This document shows positions 10,004 through 21,897 of a stretch of 37,094 nt of DNA, one piece after another. The notes beneath the pieces are model-generated. The model was not told the origin of the DNA, ran no database searches, and was given only the letters and a program-made list of their open reading frames with translations. The stretch comes from an uncultured Actinomycetes bacterium. GTDB taxonomy: Bacteria; Actinomycetota; Actinomycetes; Nanopelagicales; Nanopelagicaceae. Position numbers and translations under genes: made by a program. The stretch covers positions 1 through 37,094 of the forward strand of contig CAYFJY010000001.1 of the NCBI GenBank assembly GCA_964343665.1, read 5' to 3'. Each line of letters opens with the position of its first letter. Position 1 is the first letter of the stretch.

Positions 10004-10516
10004 ATGAATTCTGCGGATATTTCGCGTGCGCTTACGCGCATTTCACATGAGATCCTTGAACATAACTCGGGATCCGAAAATCTAATTATCTTAGGTATTC
10101 CCACTCGCGGTGCACATCTCTCTAAACGAATAGCAAAATTAATCGAAGGTATTGAAGGAAAATCGGTTCCTTCTGGAACCTTGGACATCACACTCCATCG
10201 GGATGATTTAAGAATGCGGGCTCCAAGAGCTCTAATGCCAACCTCAATCCCAAGTTCTGGTATCGAAAACAAGGATGTTGTTTTAATCGATGATGTTCTA
10301 TTTTCTGGGCGAACAATTAGGGCTGCTTTGGATGCGCTTGGCGAGATTGGAAGACCAAAGAGCGTTCAATTAGCGGTCCTTGTCGATCGAGGTCATCGTG
10401 AATTGCCAATAAGGGCAGATTTTGTCGGTAAGAACTTACCAACAAATCGAAATCAGAGTGTACGAGTCTTACTCTCTGAAGTAGATGGGCGAGATGAGGT
10501 GTTAATCGAGGCATGA
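10004..10516 (+). CDS. pyrR: bifunctional pyr operon regulator / uracil phosphoribosyltransferase PyrR
   Basis: 170 aa. It has the PRPP-binding motif [21 protein letters not shown] and the N-terminal IILGIPTRG. It is the first gene of the pyr cluster. Confidence 0.95.
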   Translation: MNSADISRALTRISHEILEHNSGSENLIILGIPTRGAHLSKRIAKLIEGIEGKSVPSGTLDITLHRDDLRMRAPRALMPTSIPSSGIENKDVVLIDDVLFSGRTIRAALDALGEIGRPKSVQLAVLVDRGHRELPIRADFVGKNLPTNRNQSVRVLLSEVDGRDEVLIEA

Positions 10517-11442
10517 AACACCTTCTATCAATAGACGATCTGTCAAAGAGCGAGGCAATTCAAATATTGGATACGGCTCACGAATTGGCACGTATATCTG
10601 ATGCGCCAGTTAAAAAATTGCCTACGCTACGGGGCAGGACGATTGTTAATCTTTTTTACGAAGATTCGACTAGAACGCGAATCTCATTCGAAGCAGCGGC
10701 AAAACGATTATCCGCTGATGTAATCAACTTTACTGCTAAAGGCTCTTCAGTATCAAAAGGTGAATCATTAAAGGATACCGCCCAAACCTTGCAGGCAATG
10801 GGCGCTGATGCAGTAATAATCAGACATAGCGCTTCAGGTGCTGCAAAAAGATTAGCTGATTCAGAATGGACAAACGGTTCTGTAATAAATGCTGGCGATG
10901 GAACTCACGAGCATCCTAGTCAGGCCCTTTTGGATGCCTTCACGATTCGTAAGCATTTAAGTCTGAGTTCATCGGATCTCTCAGGATTGAACATAGCAAT
11001 AGTTGGTGATGTGCTCCATTCAAGAGTTGCTAGATCAAATGTTTTATTGCTAGAAAAGTTAGGTGCAAAGGTTTTCATTGTCGCACCTCCGACACTACTT
11101 CCAGTCGGAGTAGAGAATTGGCCTATTTCCCTTTCCTACAATTTAGATGAAGTGCTTCCTCATGTCGATGCAGTAATGATGCTTAGGATTCAATTAGAGC
11201 GAATGAACGATTCCTTCTTCCCAAGCGCCAGAGAATATTCTCGTTATTACGGCTTAAATAGCGATCGGATGGCAAAATTAAAACCAAATGCCATTGTCAT
11301 GCATCCAGGTCCGATGAATCGTGGGCTTGAGATCACGGCAGAGTCCGCTGATTCTGCTCGTAGCGTCATTGTGGAACAGGTAAGCAATGGAATCAGTGTT
11401 CGAATGGCAATTCTCTATCTTCTACTGGCAGGTGAACAGTGA
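10513..11442 (+). CDS. pyrB: aspartate carbamoyltransferase catalytic subunit
   Basis: 309 aa. Motifs: [34 protein letters not shown] overlap with pyrR. Confidence 0.97.
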   Translation: MKHLLSIDDLSKSEAIQILDTAHELARISDAPVKKLPTLRGRTIVNLFYEDSTRTRISFEAAAKRLSADVINFTAKGSSVSKGESLKDTAQTLQAMGADAVIIRHSASGAAKRLADSEWTNGSVINAGDGTHEHPSQALLDAFTIRKHLSLSSSDLSGLNIAIVGDVLHSRVARSNVLLLEKLGAKVFIVAPPTLLPVGVENWPISLSYNLDEVLPHVDAVMMLRIQLERMNDSFFPSAREYSRYYGLNSDRMAKLKPNAIVMHPGPMNRGLEITAESADSARSVIVEQVSNGISVRMAILYLLLAGEQ

Positions 11443-12707
11443 AATATTTAATAAAGAATACGCAGATTAAAGATACGAAAGTGGATATTGCAATCGAAGG
11501 TCGAACAATTATTGAGATTGCTCCTGGGATACAAGGTGGAGATTTTGAAATAGTTGATGGTTCAGGAACTCAGGCCTTACAAGGGTTGGTAGATCTTCAT
11601 ACACATCTTCGCGAACCAGGTAAAGAAGATGCAGAAACCGTGGCTTCTGGCTCTCTTGCCGCAGCAAAGGGTGGCTTTACTGCGCTATCTGCAATGGCTA
11701 ACACCTCGCCCGTAGCTGACACCGCTGGCGTAGTTGAGCAAGTTTTCCGTCTTGGTCAAGAATGTGGCTTAGCAGCGGTCTATCCAATAGGCGCGGTAAC
11801 AAAAGATTTGGCAGGCAAAGAATTAGCAGAGATTGGCGCAATGGCTGATTCAATTGCAGGTGTTCGAATTTTCAGTGATGACGGAAATTGTGTTAGCAAC
11901 TCACTTGTGATGCGTAGAGCGCTTGAATATGTGAAACGTTTTGATGGCGTTGTTGCTCAACACGCACAAGATCCTTCACTTACGATGGATTCACAGATGA
12001 ATGAAGGGTTAATCTCTTCCAAATTAGGTTTGAAAGGTTGGCCTGCGGTAGCGGAAGAGGCGATCATTGCAAGGGATGTATTAATTGCAGATCACGTTAA
12101 ATCAAGGCTACACATTTGTCATTTAACTACAGCTGGCGGTGTTGAGATAGTTAGATGGGCCAAAGCTCGCGGTATAGATGTGACTGCAGAAGTTACGCCA
12201 CATCATCTTCTCCTAACTGATGAATTAGCAGAGAGTTATGATCCAATTTTTAAAGTTAATCCACCGCTTAGAACTCAAGCTGATGTAATGGCGCTACGTG
12301 AAGGCTTGGCGGATGGAACAATTGATATCGTCGCTACAGATCATGCTCCACACCCTGCTGAGAGCAAAGAGTGCGAATGGCAGTATGCAGCCTTTGGAAT
12401 GCTGGGGCTAGAAACAGCGCTCTCCGTTGTGTGGCAGACGATGATTGAATCTAAATTGATGACAGTCGAAGCTCTGCAAGAGCGCATGTCGACTAAACCA
12501 GCCGAAATTGGTAGGTATCACAATCAAGGTAAAGCCTTAACAGTAGGGGCAACTGCTAATTTAACGCTATTCGCGCCTCAGCGTTCTTGGAAAGTCGATC
12601 GAGATTTAGTTGCTTCGAAATCTCGAAACACACCTTTCCATGGAATGGAGTTTTCAGGCAGCGTAATAGCTACTTTCTTCGAAGGTAAATTGAGTTGGAG
12701 GGCTTGA
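11439..12707 (+). CDS. pyrC: dihydroorotase
   Basis: 422 aa. Motifs: [25 protein letters not shown] start with a GTGA overlap of the pyrB stop. Confidence 0.95.
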   Translation: MKYLIKNTQIKDTKVDIAIEGRTIIEIAPGIQGGDFEIVDGSGTQALQGLVDLHTHLREPGKEDAETVASGSLAAAKGGFTALSAMANTSPVADTAGVVEQVFRLGQECGLAAVYPIGAVTKDLAGKELAEIGAMADSIAGVRIFSDDGNCVSNSLVMRRALEYVKRFDGVVAQHAQDPSLTMDSQMNEGLISSKLGLKGWPAVAEEAIIARDVLIADHVKSRLHICHLTTAGGVEIVRWAKARGIDVTAEVTPHHLLLTDELAESYDPIFKVNPPLRTQADVMALREGLADGTIDIVATDHAPHPAESKECEWQYAAFGMLGLETALSVVWQTMIESKLMTVEALQERMSTKPAEIGRYHNQGKALTVGATANLTLFAPQRSWKVDRDLVASKSRNTPFHGMEFSGSVIATFFEGKLSWRA

Positions 12708-13816
12708 TGTCTAAGGCGTTTTTAGTTCTCGATGATGGCAGAGTATTCGAAGGTACTAGTTGGGGAGCAAAGGGGAGAACTTTTGGCGAAGCTGTTTTCG
12801 CAACAGGAATGACAGGTTATCAAGAGACTCTTACAGATCCTTCTTATCACAAGCAGGTTGTGGTTATGACTGCGCCTCATATTGGAAATACTGGTTGGAA
12901 TCTTGAAGACAACGAATCTTCACGTATTTGGGTCTCAGGTTTTGTAGTTAGAAATCCTTCTCCCATAACCAGCAATTGGAGATCCACTGCATCTCTAGAA
13001 TCGGAATTAGTTAGACAGAATGTTGTTGGTATCTCTGGGATAGATACGCGCGCTCTAACAAGGCACCTTAGAGATCGTGGTGCGATGCGAGTTGGCATTT
13101 TTAGTGATGAGAATTTATCCAGAGAAGATATGGTTGTCGAAGTTCGTAAGATGGAACAGATGAGTGGAAGTTTTCTTGCCGAAGATGTATCAATTAAAAC
13201 ATCATATTCTGTGAAACCTACACAAAAGAAACTTCACGTAGTTGCGCTAGATCTCGGCATAAAAGCAGCTACCCCAAGAGCATTTGCAGAACGTGGCGTC
13301 GAGGTAACCGTACTTCCATTTAATACACCTGCATCAGAGATTCTTAATATGAAACCTGATGGTGTATTCCTATCAAATGGCCCAGGAGATCCTTCGACAA
13401 TGGATGCAGTAGTTGAGAATGTTCAGGAGCTTTTGAACGCAGAGATACCTATCTTTGGTATTTGTTTTGGTCATCAGATTTTGGGGCGAGCGCTTGGATT
13501 TGAAACTTATAAGCTGCAATTTGGACATCGAGGAATAAACCAACCAGTATTGGATAAATTAACAGGTAAAGTAGAGATAACTGCACACAATCATGGCTTT
13601 GCTTTGAAGGCGCCAACTGATGGAATTTTCACTACAGTTTTTGGTCGCGGAGAGGTAACACACGTTGGCTTAAATGATGGTGTTGTAGAAGGTTTACGAC
13701 TTATTGATAGACCAGCTTTTAGCGTGCAATATCACCCAGAGGCAGCCGCAGGCCCTCACGATGCTAAATATCTCTTTGATCGATTCGTTGATCTCATGCA
13801 AGAGCAGGCTAAATAA
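12707..13816 (+). CDS. carA: carbamoyl-phosphate synthase small (glutaminase) subunit
   Basis: The ORF opens at 12695, but the ATG at 12707 ([16 protein letters not shown]) gives the canonical N-terminus and a TGATG junction with pyrC. Triad motifs GICFGHQ and HNHG/YHPE are present. Confidence 0.95.
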   Translation: MSKAFLVLDDGRVFEGTSWGAKGRTFGEAVFATGMTGYQETLTDPSYHKQVVVMTAPHIGNTGWNLEDNESSRIWVSGFVVRNPSPITSNWRSTASLESELVRQNVVGISGIDTRALTRHLRDRGAMRVGIFSDENLSREDMVVEVRKMEQMSGSFLAEDVSIKTSYSVKPTQKKLHVVALDLGIKAATPRAFAERGVEVTVLPFNTPASEILNMKPDGVFLSNGPGDPSTMDAVVENVQELLNAEIPIFGICFGHQILGRALGFETYKLQFGHRGINQPVLDKLTGKVEITAHNHGFALKAPTDGIFTTVFGRGEVTHVGLNDGVVEGLRLIDRPAFSVQYHPEAAAGPHDAKYLFDRFVDLMQEQAK

Positions 13817-16800
13817 TGGCCAAAGATTCAAAGATAAAGAGTGTTTTGGTTATCGGATCAGGTCCGATTGTCATAGGACAAGCTTGCGAATTCGATTACT
13901 CCGGAACTCAAGCTTGTCGTGTCCTTAAGAGCGAAGGAATACGTGTAATTCTAATTAATTCCAATCCAGCGACAATCATGACGGACCCAGAATTTGCAGA
14001 TGCTACTTATATAGAACCAATCACCCCCGAATCAATCGAACAGATATTGATCAAGGAAAAGCCTGATGCAGTCTTGGCAACGCTGGGAGGTCAAACTGCT
14101 CTTAATGCCGCTATGGGTTTGCATGAGAAGGGCATCCTCCAAAAATACGGAGTCCAATTGATTGGCGCCGATGTGGATGCAATTCAACGCGGTGAGAATA
14201 GAGAACTGTTTAGAGCGATAGTTGAGAAAGTTGGCGGTGAATCGGCAAAGTCAATTATTTGTCACACGATGCAAGAATGCTTCGAAGCAGTAAAAACCTT
14301 AAATTTTCCGGTAGTGGTTAGACCTTCCTTCACAATGGGAGGACTTGGCTCTGGTATCGCTTTCAATTCAGAAGAACTTGAGTTGATAGCTGGTGCAGGT
14401 TTACGTCATAGTCCGACTTCAGAGGTTCTTCTTGAAGAATCAATTCTTGGTTGGAAAGAATACGAATTAGAGGTAATGCGAGATCGCAAGGACAATGTCG
14501 TAATTGTTTGTTCAATTGAGAATCTAGATCCGATGGGTGTTCATACTGGTGACTCGATAACTGTAGCTCCAGCCTTAACTCTTACGGATGTTGAATTCCA
14601 GAGATTACGCAATTTAGCAATTAATATAATTCGAGAAGTTGGAGTTGACACCGGAGGATGCAATATCCAATTTGCGGTTAATCCGCAGAATGGCAGAATC
14701 GTGGTTATTGAGATGAACCCCCGCGTTTCGCGTTCATCAGCGCTTGCTTCGAAAGCAACTGGTTTCCCGATTGCAAAAATTGCTACGAAGCTTGCGATTG
14801 GTTACACATTGGATGAGATCCAAAATGATATTACTAAAGTTACACCAGCCTCTTTCGAACCAACTTTGGATTACATTGTTGTTAAAGTACCGAGATTTGC
14901 CTTCGAGAAGTTTGCGGATGCCGATCCTCGACTAACAACCACTATGAAATCTGTCGGTGAAGCGATGGCAATCGGTAGGTCTTTCCCAGAAGCTCTTCAG
15001 AAAGCGCTGCGATCTTTAGAGCGTAAAGAGGCAATCTTCCAATTTCCATCCAATAAAGCAAACTTGAATATTCCTGGATTATTAGAATTGATGCGAATTC
15101 CCACCGAATATCGGTTACAGCAAGTACAACAGGCGCTTTGGGGCGGAGCCTCAATTCAAGCGGTTCACGAAGCTACCAAGATCGATCCTTGGTATCTTGA
15201 ACAAATCTCATTACTTAATGCAAAGGCAGAGGAATTATCGCAACCTGGTGAATTGAGCTTTGAGCTTCTTTATTCAGCAAAGCAACTAGGTTTCTCAGAT
15301 CAACAAATTGCTGGGATAAGAAACCTAACTTATGAAGATGTCAAAGCATCACGTATTCACCATGGTATTAGACCTGTTTATAAAACAGTTGATACTTGTG
15401 CAGCGGAGTTTGAGGCATTTACCCCATATCACTATTCGACATATGAAGATGAGACTGAGGTAAAACCAAGAACCAAACCTGCAGTCATCATCCTAGGATC
15501 CGGTCCAAATAGAATCGGCCAAGGCATCGAATTCGATTACAGCTGCGTGCATGCATCCTTTACGTTACGTGATGCAGGTTTTGAAACAATCATGATCAAC
15601 TGCAATCCAGAAACAGTATCCACTGATTATGACACTAGCGATCGCTTGTACTTCGAACCTTTAACTTTAGAAGATGTGCTAGAAGTTGTTGCAGCAGAAG
15701 AAGCAGCTGGACCTGTTTTGGGCGTTATCGCAACTTTGGGTGGGCAAACTCCGTTGGGTTTAGCACAAGGTTTGAAAGATGCCGGAGTCGAGGTTCTTGG
15801 TACTTCACCTGATGCGATCAATCTTGCTGAAGAACGTGGCGCATTTGGCCGAATATTGCAGGAGCAAGGATTAACCGCTCCTGAATACGGAATGGCCTCT
15901 TCATTATTAGAAGCGCAAGATATAGCGGCTCGAATTTCCTACCCCGTTCTAGTTAGACCTTCCTTTGTATTAGGCGGACGTGGCATGGAAATTGTTTATG
16001 ACGATCAGGCCCTTGCAGGTTTTATCTCTCGAGCCACTGAGATAACCCCGGGACACCCAGTTTTAGTTGATCGTTTCTTAGATAACGCCATCGAAATCGA
16101 TGTTGATGCTCTCTTTGACGGAAACGAACTCTTCATGGGTGGAGTCATGGAACATATTGAGGAAGCCGGTATTCACTCTGGTGATAGTGCATGTGTACTT
16201 CCAGCAATAACAATCACGGAGAATCAATTGGCGCAAATAAGAGAGGCTACGGAGAAAATCGCTCGAGGAGTGAATGTTCGGGGATTAATCAACATCCAAT
16301 ACGCGCTCTCGAATGGCCATCTATATGTATTAGAAGCCAATCCAAGGGCATCACGTACTGTGCCTTTCGTTTCGAAATCAACTGGCATCCCATTAGCAAA
16401 AGCTGCAGCAAGGATCGCAGTGGGTGAAACTATAAAGAAGTTGAAAGAGGAGAATATTCTTCCGAAGCGGGATGTTAAACCAAGAGCAGTCTCGGTTAAA
16501 GAGGTTGTTCTGCCGTGGAATCGTTTCAGAAGAGTTGATGGCAGAGGCGTTGATTCAACCTTAGGTCCTGAGATGAGATCAACCGGTGAAGTCATGGGAA
16601 TTGCACAAACCTTTGGCGAGAGTTATGCCAAGAGTCAGATCGCAGCATTCGGTCCGTTGCCAAAATCTGGAACGGTATTTATATCTCTAAGCGATAAAGA
16701 TAAAGAAGCAGGTATAAATCCCGCCAAAGAGTTACAAAATATGGGTTTTAATTTAGTGGCAACTGCCGGAACTGCAGCGAAATTAGCAGAATTTGGAATA

Positions 16801-17088
16801 AATACCGTTTCGGTACGTAAGCATTCGGAAGGTGCTGGACCATTAGGTGAAAGAACCATCGTGGATCAAATGATCTCTGGTCAAATAGATTTGGTGATCA
16901 ATACACCTGTGGGTCGCGGCACTAGACAAGATGGTTGGGTGATTCGCACTACCGCTGTACAGCGTTCTATTCCATGCATCACCACAGTGGCCGGATTTAG
17001 CGCTGCAGTAGAAGGTATAAAAGCGCTACGACAATCTGAACTTAAGGTGAAGCCACTTCAAGAATGGTTGGTTGAGCTTGCCAATTAA
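13816..17088 (+). CDS. carB: carbamoyl-phosphate synthase large subunit
   Basis: 1090 aa. The duplicated ATP-grasp halves are visible: [24 protein letters not shown] and [47 protein letters not shown] and the C-terminal MGS-like domain are present. TAATG junction with carA. Confidence 0.98.
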   Translation: MAKDSKIKSVLVIGSGPIVIGQACEFDYSGTQACRVLKSEGIRVILINSNPATIMTDPEFADATYIEPITPESIEQILIKEKPDAVLATLGGQTALNAAMGLHEKGILQKYGVQLIGADVDAIQRGENRELFRAIVEKVGGESAKSIICHTMQECFEAVKTLNFPVVVRPSFTMGGLGSGIAFNSEELELIAGAGLRHSPTSEVLLEESILGWKEYELEVMRDRKDNVVIVCSIENLDPMGVHTGDSITVAPALTLTDVEFQRLRNLAINIIREVGVDTGGCNIQFAVNPQNGRIVVIEMNPRVSRSSALASKATGFPIAKIATKLAIGYTLDEIQNDITKVTPASFEPTLDYIVVKVPRFAFEKFADADPRLTTTMKSVGEAMAIGRSFPEALQKALRSLERKEAIFQFPSNKANLNIPGLLELMRIPTEYRLQQVQQALWGGASIQAVHEATKIDPWYLEQISLLNAKAEELSQPGELSFELLYSAKQLGFSDQQIAGIRNLTYEDVKASRIHHGIRPVYKTVDTCAAEFEAFTPYHYSTYEDETEVKPRTKPAVIILGSGPNRIGQGIEFDYSCVHASFTLRDAGFETIMINCNPETVSTDYDTSDRLYFEPLTLEDVLEVVAAEEAAGPVLGVIATLGGQTPLGLAQGLKDAGVEVLGTSPDAINLAEERGAFGRILQEQGLTAPEYGMASSLLEAQDIAARISYPVLVRPSFVLGGRGMEIVYDDQALAGFISRATEITPGHPVLVDRFLDNAIEIDVDALFDGNELFMGGVMEHIEEAGIHSGDSACVLPAITITENQLAQIREATEKIARGVNVRGLINIQYALSNGHLYVLEANPRASRTVPFVSKSTGIPLAKAAARIAVGETIKKLKEENILPKRDVKPRAVSVKEVVLPWNRFRRVDGRGVDSTLGPEMRSTGEVMGIAQTFGESYAKSQIAAFGPLPKSGTVFISLSDKDKEAGINPAKELQNMGFNLVATAGTAAKLAEFGINTVSVRKHSEGAGPLGERTIVDQMISGQIDLVINTPVGRGTRQDGWVIRTTAVQRSIPCITTVAGFSAAVEGIKALRQSELKVKPLQEWLVELAN

Positions 17089-17899
17089 CAAATTCGCAAC
17101 CCAGGTAAAAGCGACTTTAATAAGTAACCGACGAATCGGTGTTTATCATCAATTGATTCTTGAAATTGGTGAACTTGTAAAATATATAAAACCAGGGAAT
17201 TTCATAGCGATTTCTGTTGGCGGAGAAACTTCGCGAATGGTTCTGCGCAGGGCTTTTGCTATATCGCGCATAAACGAGCGGGGAACCATAGAGTTAATAG
17301 TCTCCCCAATGGGTAGCGGTTCGAAATGGTTATGTAATCAATCAGAGGGATCTTCAATAGATGTGGTCACTCCACTTGGTACAGCGTTTGGCATTCCGAC
17401 CGAACCAGTGACTGCTCTACTTGTTGGGGGCGGATATGGATCAGCGCCATTATTTGGCTTAGCGGAAATATTGAAAAATCGTGGTTGCCGAGTAATCATG
17501 GCTTTAGGTGCGAGTTCTGCACCTAAGATTTACGCACCGATAGAGGGTAAGCGTTCTGCAACTTTACTTAAAATCTATACTGAGGATGGAAGCGCAGGGG
17601 ATAACGGCAGAGTTACAGATGCAATGCCTGATCTCATTGATGAGCACGACGTACGGGTTATTTATTCATGTGGACCGATGGCAATGCTAGAAGCGATTTC
17701 GAAAATAGCGATCGAAAAAGACATTGCACATCAATGCGCTGTTGAAGAATCCATGGCTTGCGGTATCGGAATCTGTATGACATGCGTCATCCCTGTTAAG
17801 GAAAACAACGGTCAAATCAAGAATCTACGAAGTTGTATCGAAGGACCAGTGATGGATGGCGAGGCTGTCCAATGGCATCTGGTTGGTGAACAGCTATGA
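17072..17899 (+). CDS. pyrK: dihydroorotate dehydrogenase B electron-transfer (FAD/2Fe-2S) subunit
   Basis: 275 aa. It has the flavin motif [16 protein letters not shown], and the C-terminal Cys cluster [11 protein letters not shown]...RSC. The TTG start (17072 or 17078) overlaps the carB end, so the start is uncertain. Confidence 0.88.
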   Translation: MSLPINKFATQVKATLISNRRIGVYHQLILEIGELVKYIKPGNFIAISVGGETSRMVLRRAFAISRINERGTIELIVSPMGSGSKWLCNQSEGSSIDVVTPLGTAFGIPTEPVTALLVGGGYGSAPLFGLAEILKNRGCRVIMALGASSAPKIYAPIEGKRSATLLKIYTEDGSAGDNGRVTDAMPDLIDEHDVRVIYSCGPMAMLEAISKIAIEKDIAHQCAVEESMACGIGICMTCVIPVKENNGQIKNLRSCIEGPVMDGEAVQWHLVGEQL

Positions 17900-18834
17900 G
17901 CTTTGATTTTTCAACAACTTTAGGTGGTGCTTGGTTTCCAGCACCAGTTTTTACAGCTAGTGGTTGTGCAAGTTCTGGAAAAGAGTTAGCACAATTTTTT
18001 CCTCTTCGCGAAATAGGGGCAGTTGTAACTAAATCCATCATGATCAAAGCAAGAGCGGGTAGATCAACTCCAAGAATGGCTGAAACGCCCAGTGGAATGC
18101 TCAATTCAATAGGTCTACAAGGCCCAGGTATAGATGCCTTTCTGGTCGAAGATATCCCGTGGTTAGCCTCGCAAGGCGCGCGAATCATCGTCTCTATTGC
18201 CGGTGAAACCGCCGAAGAATATGCAACCTTGGCTAGAAAATTACGAGGCGTGTCGGGCATTTCAGCGATAGAAGTAAATATTTCCTGTCCAAACGTTGAA
18301 AACCGGGGTTTGGTATTTGCATGCGATCCAACATCAGCTGGTGAAGTTATTAAATCTGTTAGAGGGATTATTGGTGGAGATCTTCCAATTCTTGCGAAGT
18401 TAACTCCAGATGTAACAAACATCGCTAGCATCGCATCTTCGGTAACTGATGCCGGTGCAGATGGAATTGCGATGATCAATACGGTATTAGGAATGGTGAT
18501 TAATACTAAAACGATGCGGCCGCATTTAGGCGGTAAAACTGGTGGGCTATCTGGGCCGGCCATCAGACCAATAGCAGTACGCGCTATTTATCAAGTGCGT
18601 GAAGCACTTCCCAAAGTTTCTATTCTTGGAATGGGTGGTGTAAATAGCGGACAAGATGCTTTCGAAATGATTTTAGCGGGAGCATCAGGAGTCTCGGTTG
18701 GTACCGCATCGTTTGGAGATCCTTCGGCGGTCTACAGAATTCAAAACGAGCTTCGCGAAATATTGATCGCTAGGGGCTTCTCATCAATAAAAGAAGCGGT
18801 AGGTTTTGCTCATCGTCCTGAAAGTGCAGAGTGA
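17896..18834 (+). CDS. pyrD: dihydroorotate dehydrogenase, class 1B catalytic subunit
   Basis: 312 aa. Motifs: FPAPVFTASGC, MLNSIGLQGPG, EVNISCPNV (Cys catalytic base, which indicates class 1), GADGIAMINT, GGLSGPAIRPIA. ATGA overlap with pyrK. Confidence 0.94.
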   Translation: MSFDFSTTLGGAWFPAPVFTASGCASSGKELAQFFPLREIGAVVTKSIMIKARAGRSTPRMAETPSGMLNSIGLQGPGIDAFLVEDIPWLASQGARIIVSIAGETAEEYATLARKLRGVSGISAIEVNISCPNVENRGLVFACDPTSAGEVIKSVRGIIGGDLPILAKLTPDVTNIASIASSVTDAGADGIAMINTVLGMVINTKTMRPHLGGKTGGLSGPAIRPIAVRAIYQVREALPKVSILGMGGVNSGQDAFEMILAGASGVSVGTASFGDPSAVYRIQNELREILIARGFSSIKEAVGFAHRPESAE

Positions 18835-19517
18835 TGAAGTCTCCAATAATTTTAGCCGTAGACACAAACGATCTTGAAGTTGCGAAAAAATGGGTATCAA
18901 AGAGTAGCGAATATATCGGTGTTTATAAGCTGGGACTTGAATTCTTCTTACGATTTGGTAAAGAGGGCGTTCAGGCAATAAAGAAAGAAACTGACTCGCA
19001 GATTTTTTTGGATTTAAAATTACACGATATTCCTAATACCGTTGGAGCTGCCACATCCCAAGTTGCCGTTTTGGCGCCTAGATTTCTCACAGTACACGCA
19101 AGTGGTGGCAGCGCAATGATTAAATCTGCTGTGGAGAATGGCTCCAATATTGATATTACAGCTGTCACGATATTGACCTCCCTAGGGTCTAACGACTTGA
19201 AAGAGATTGGATATTTGGGAGATCCTGAGTCTCGAGCTGTTGAATTGGCCAAATTAGCCACCACCGCAGGTGCTAAAGCAATAGTTTGCTCGCCATTGGA
19301 AATTGCTGCAATTAGATCATCAGTTTCAAAAGAGATATCAATAATCACCCCTGGGATTCGAACCAAAGAAAGCGCCGCAGATGATCAGAAACGTACTTTG
19401 GATCCAAAAAGCGCAATTATGCTTGGTGCAAATTACTTAGTTGTTGGTCGACCAATTACAGGAGCTACCGATATTTCCGCTGCCGCTAAGAGTATGTTTG
19501 AAGAGGCAACGGCATAA
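18831..19517 (+). CDS. pyrF: orotidine-5'-phosphate decarboxylase (short, type 1)
   Basis: 228 aa. Motifs: ILAVD, YKLGLEFF, LDLKLHDIPNTV, LTVHA, VVGRPI. The start is either GTG 18831 or ATG 18834, and both overlap the pyrD TGA. Confidence 0.94.
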   Translation: MMKSPIILAVDTNDLEVAKKWVSKSSEYIGVYKLGLEFFLRFGKEGVQAIKKETDSQIFLDLKLHDIPNTVGAATSQVAVLAPRFLTVHASGGSAMIKSAVENGSNIDITAVTILTSLGSNDLKEIGYLGDPESRAVELAKLATTAGAKAIVCSPLEIAAIRSSVSKEISIITPGIRTKESAADDQKRTLDPKSAIMLGANYLVVGRPITGATDISAAAKSMFEEATA

Positions 19518-20405
19518 ATGCCAATTCCCCCAAAGCTAAGTGCTGAACAAAGAGCAGCAGCGCTTGAAGCAGCGAAGATTGCAAGAAAATCACGTGCAGA
19601 TATAAAAGAACAGGTTCGCACTGGAAAATTAAAATTACTGCAAGCAATCGAATTAGCCGCCACGAATAACGCAATCGGAAAAATGCGAGTTTCTGAACTT
19701 GTCGAAGCGCTACCTGGTGTTGGTAAAGTTCGGGCTCAAAATATCCTCGAAAGACTTGAAATTTCTCCTGGGAGGAGAATCCAAGGTTTAGGAGTGTTGC
19801 AATTGCAGAAATTGAAGAAGGAGTTCTCGCCAATTAGTGGGGCCATTCGTCCTGGTAAGTTATTTGTACTCTCAGGTCCGGGCGGTGTTGGAAAAAGTAC
19901 TATCTCGAAAGCTCTTGCAGACCGTCCTGAATTCTGGGTTTCTATTTCCGCAACTACGCGCTCTCCTCGAATCGGTGAAAGAGATGGCGTTGATTATCAT
20001 TATATTTCGATCGAAGAATTCGATAGAAGAATTGCAAGCAATGAATTCTTGGAGTGGGCTGAATTCGCAGGAAGTAAATATGGCACTCCAGCTCTACAGG
20101 TAAAAGAGAAACTTTCTCATGGGCTTAATGTGATACTTGAAATTGAGATTGATGGAGCAAGACAGGTTCGAAAGAGCAGGGCCGACGCCAAATTGGTTTT
20201 TATCGCACCACCCTCCTGGGAGGAGTTAGTCAAAAGGTTAGAAGGTAGAGGTACAGATTCTGATGAGAGAAGAGCTGAACGTTTGGCTCTTGCTCAAGAG
20301 GAGATGGCGGCTCAAAAAGAGTTCGATTACGTGCTTGTAAATGATCAATTGGAACGAGTGATAGCTGAACTGATATCTTTAGCCGCTGACAACGAGAGGC
20401 GATGA
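19518..20405 (+). CDS. gmk: fusion protein: actinobacterial integration host factor (mIHF) domain + guanylate kinase
   Basis: A single 295-aa ORF. The N-terminal ~103 aa resemble mIHF ([21 protein letters not shown]...[39 protein letters not shown]). The C-terminal ~185 aa are a full Gmk ([45 protein letters not shown]). No in-frame stop separates the two parts. The ATG directly follows the pyrF TAA. Confidence 0.85.
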   Translation: MPIPPKLSAEQRAAALEAAKIARKSRADIKEQVRTGKLKLLQAIELAATNNAIGKMRVSELVEALPGVGKVRAQNILERLEISPGRRIQGLGVLQLQKLKKEFSPISGAIRPGKLFVLSGPGGVGKSTISKALADRPEFWVSISATTRSPRIGERDGVDYHYISIEEFDRRIASNEFLEWAEFAGSKYGTPALQVKEKLSHGLNVILEIEIDGARQVRKSRADAKLVFIAPPSWEELVKRLEGRGTDSDERRAERLALAQEEMAAQKEFDYVLVNDQLERVIAELISLAADNERR

Positions 20406-20409
20406 ATTC

Positions 20410-20658
20410 ATGGATGGCATAACAAACCCACCAATTGATGAACTACTTGATAAGAGCGGTTCTAAATATAGTCTGGTGCTTTACGCAGCTAAGCGGGCTC
20501 GCCAAATCAACGCATATTACAGCCAGCTTTCAGAGGGACTTCTTGAGTATGTAGGCCCTTTGGTTGAGACACACGTACATGAAAAACCGCTTTCGATTGC
20601 ACTTCGCGAAATTAACGATGGTCTGTTAACCATCGAAAGCCTCGAACCAAATAACTAA
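20410..20658 (+). CDS. rpoZ: DNA-directed RNA polymerase subunit omega
   Basis: 82 aa. Motifs: [31 protein letters not shown]. It has the conserved gmk-rpoZ adjacency. Confidence 0.92.
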   Translation: MDGITNPPIDELLDKSGSKYSLVLYAAKRARQINAYYSQLSEGLLEYVGPLVETHVHEKPLSIALREINDGLLTIESLEPNN

Positions 20659-20688
20659 TTCGGTTTTAAAAGCTAGGGATAAATTTGT

Positions 20689-21897
20689 ATGTCCGAGATA
20701 ATCCTCGGAGTTGGTGGTGGAATCGCAGCCTACAAATCTTGCGATTTGCTAAGGCGCCTTCAAGATCTCGGACATAATGTAAAAGTAGTACCAACCCCTG
20801 CAAGTTTAAATTTTGTTGGTAAAGCTACCTGGGAGGCTCTCTCAGGTTCACCTGTTTATACAGAAGTGTGGGAAGCAGTTGATCAGGTAAATCACGTAAA
20901 ACTTGGCGATAACGCTGAATACATAATCATAGCTCCGGCTACCGCAGATTTAATAGCAAGGCTCTCTTCTGGAAGAGCTGATGATCTACTTACTAATACA
21001 GTACTTGCAAGTTCTGCTGTTAAATTGCTGGTCCCTGCAATGCATCCAAAGATGTGGTTGAACTCTGCTACTTCGAATAATGTACAGAAGTTACGAGAGC
21101 TCGGGTTTGTGGTAATGGAACCCGCAGTTGGCCGTTTGACTGGTTCGGATTCAGGTATTGGACGTTTCCCAGATGTTTCTGACATCATCGAAATCTTCAA
21201 TAATCAAATAATGGTTAAAAAGGATCTGCTTGGATTTAGATTTTTGATTACAACTGGCGGCACCAGAGAAGCAATCGACGATGTCAGATTTATAGGTAAT
21301 CGTTCCAGTGGAAAACAGGGAATTGCGATCGCACAGTGTGCTCTTGCAAGAGGCGCAGAAGTTACTTTGATTTCTGCCAACGTTGATAAAACAGAATATC
21401 GAAATATAAGCAATCTGCAAGGAATCAAAAAAATAGAGGTCACAAACACCGCGGAACTCTCTTCCAACCTAGAACTGCAGTTTGATCATTGTGACGTTTT
21501 GATAATGGCTGCTGCAGTAAGTGATGCCAAACCAATCTCATCAACAGGAAAAGTCAAAAAGAGCGAATACCGTAACTTACAGTTAGAGGAGACCCCAGAT
21601 TTATTGGCAGGAATAGCGAAGAGAAGAAGAGAGAAAAATAGTCAGATTCTCGTAGGTTTTGCAGCGGAAGAATCTCAAAACCTTCTAAGAGAGGGAAAGC
21701 GTAAATTCGAGGCAAAAGGTTTGGATTTCATTTACGCCAACGACATTAATAAGGGTTCTATCTTCGGCTCCGATATGACCTCTGGAATCTTGATTGACAA
21801 CTCGGGAGCTACTGAAATCTCTGAAATAAGTAAGCTAAAACTAGCCAATCTGCTTCTGGATAAAGTCTCAGTAAGGTTAAACTCACCCAATGTCTAA
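20689..21897 (+). CDS. coaBC: bifunctional phosphopantothenoylcysteine decarboxylase / phosphopantothenate--cysteine ligase
   Basis: 402 aa. It has the flavoprotein N-terminal domain ([33 protein letters not shown]) and the CoaB half ([31 protein letters not shown]). Confidence 0.94.
   Translation: MSEIILGVGGGIAAYKSCDLLRRLQDLGHNVKVVPTPASLNFVGKATWEALSGSPVYTEVWEAVDQVNHVKLGDNAEYIIIAPATADLIARLSSGRADDLLTNTVLASSAVKLLVPAMHPKMWLNSATSNNVQKLRELGFVVMEPAVGRLTGSDSGIGRFPDVSDIIEIFNNQIMVKKDLLGFRFLITTGGTREAIDDVRFIGNRSSGKQGIAIAQCALARGAEVTLISANVDKTEYRNISNLQGIKKIEVTNTAELSSNLELQFDHCDVLIMAAAVSDAKPISSTGKVKKSEYRNLQLEETPDLLAGIAKRRREKNSQILVGFAAEESQNLLREGKRKFEAKGLDFIYANDINKGSIFGSDMTSGILIDNSGATEISEISKLKLANLLLDKVSVRLNSPNV

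Noticed and set aside
17817-18563. A 248-aa ORF antisense to pyrK/pyrD, strikingly long for an AT-leaning genome.
   Set aside because: It sits in the antisense frame whose stop codons can only arise where a sense Tyr codon follows a T/C-ending codon, or a His/Gln codon follows a T-ending codon. PyrD is poor in Tyr, His and Gln over this stretch. The predicted peptide is low-complexity (P/S/A/I-rich) with no recognisable motif, no SD and no spacer. The sense gene is unambiguous.
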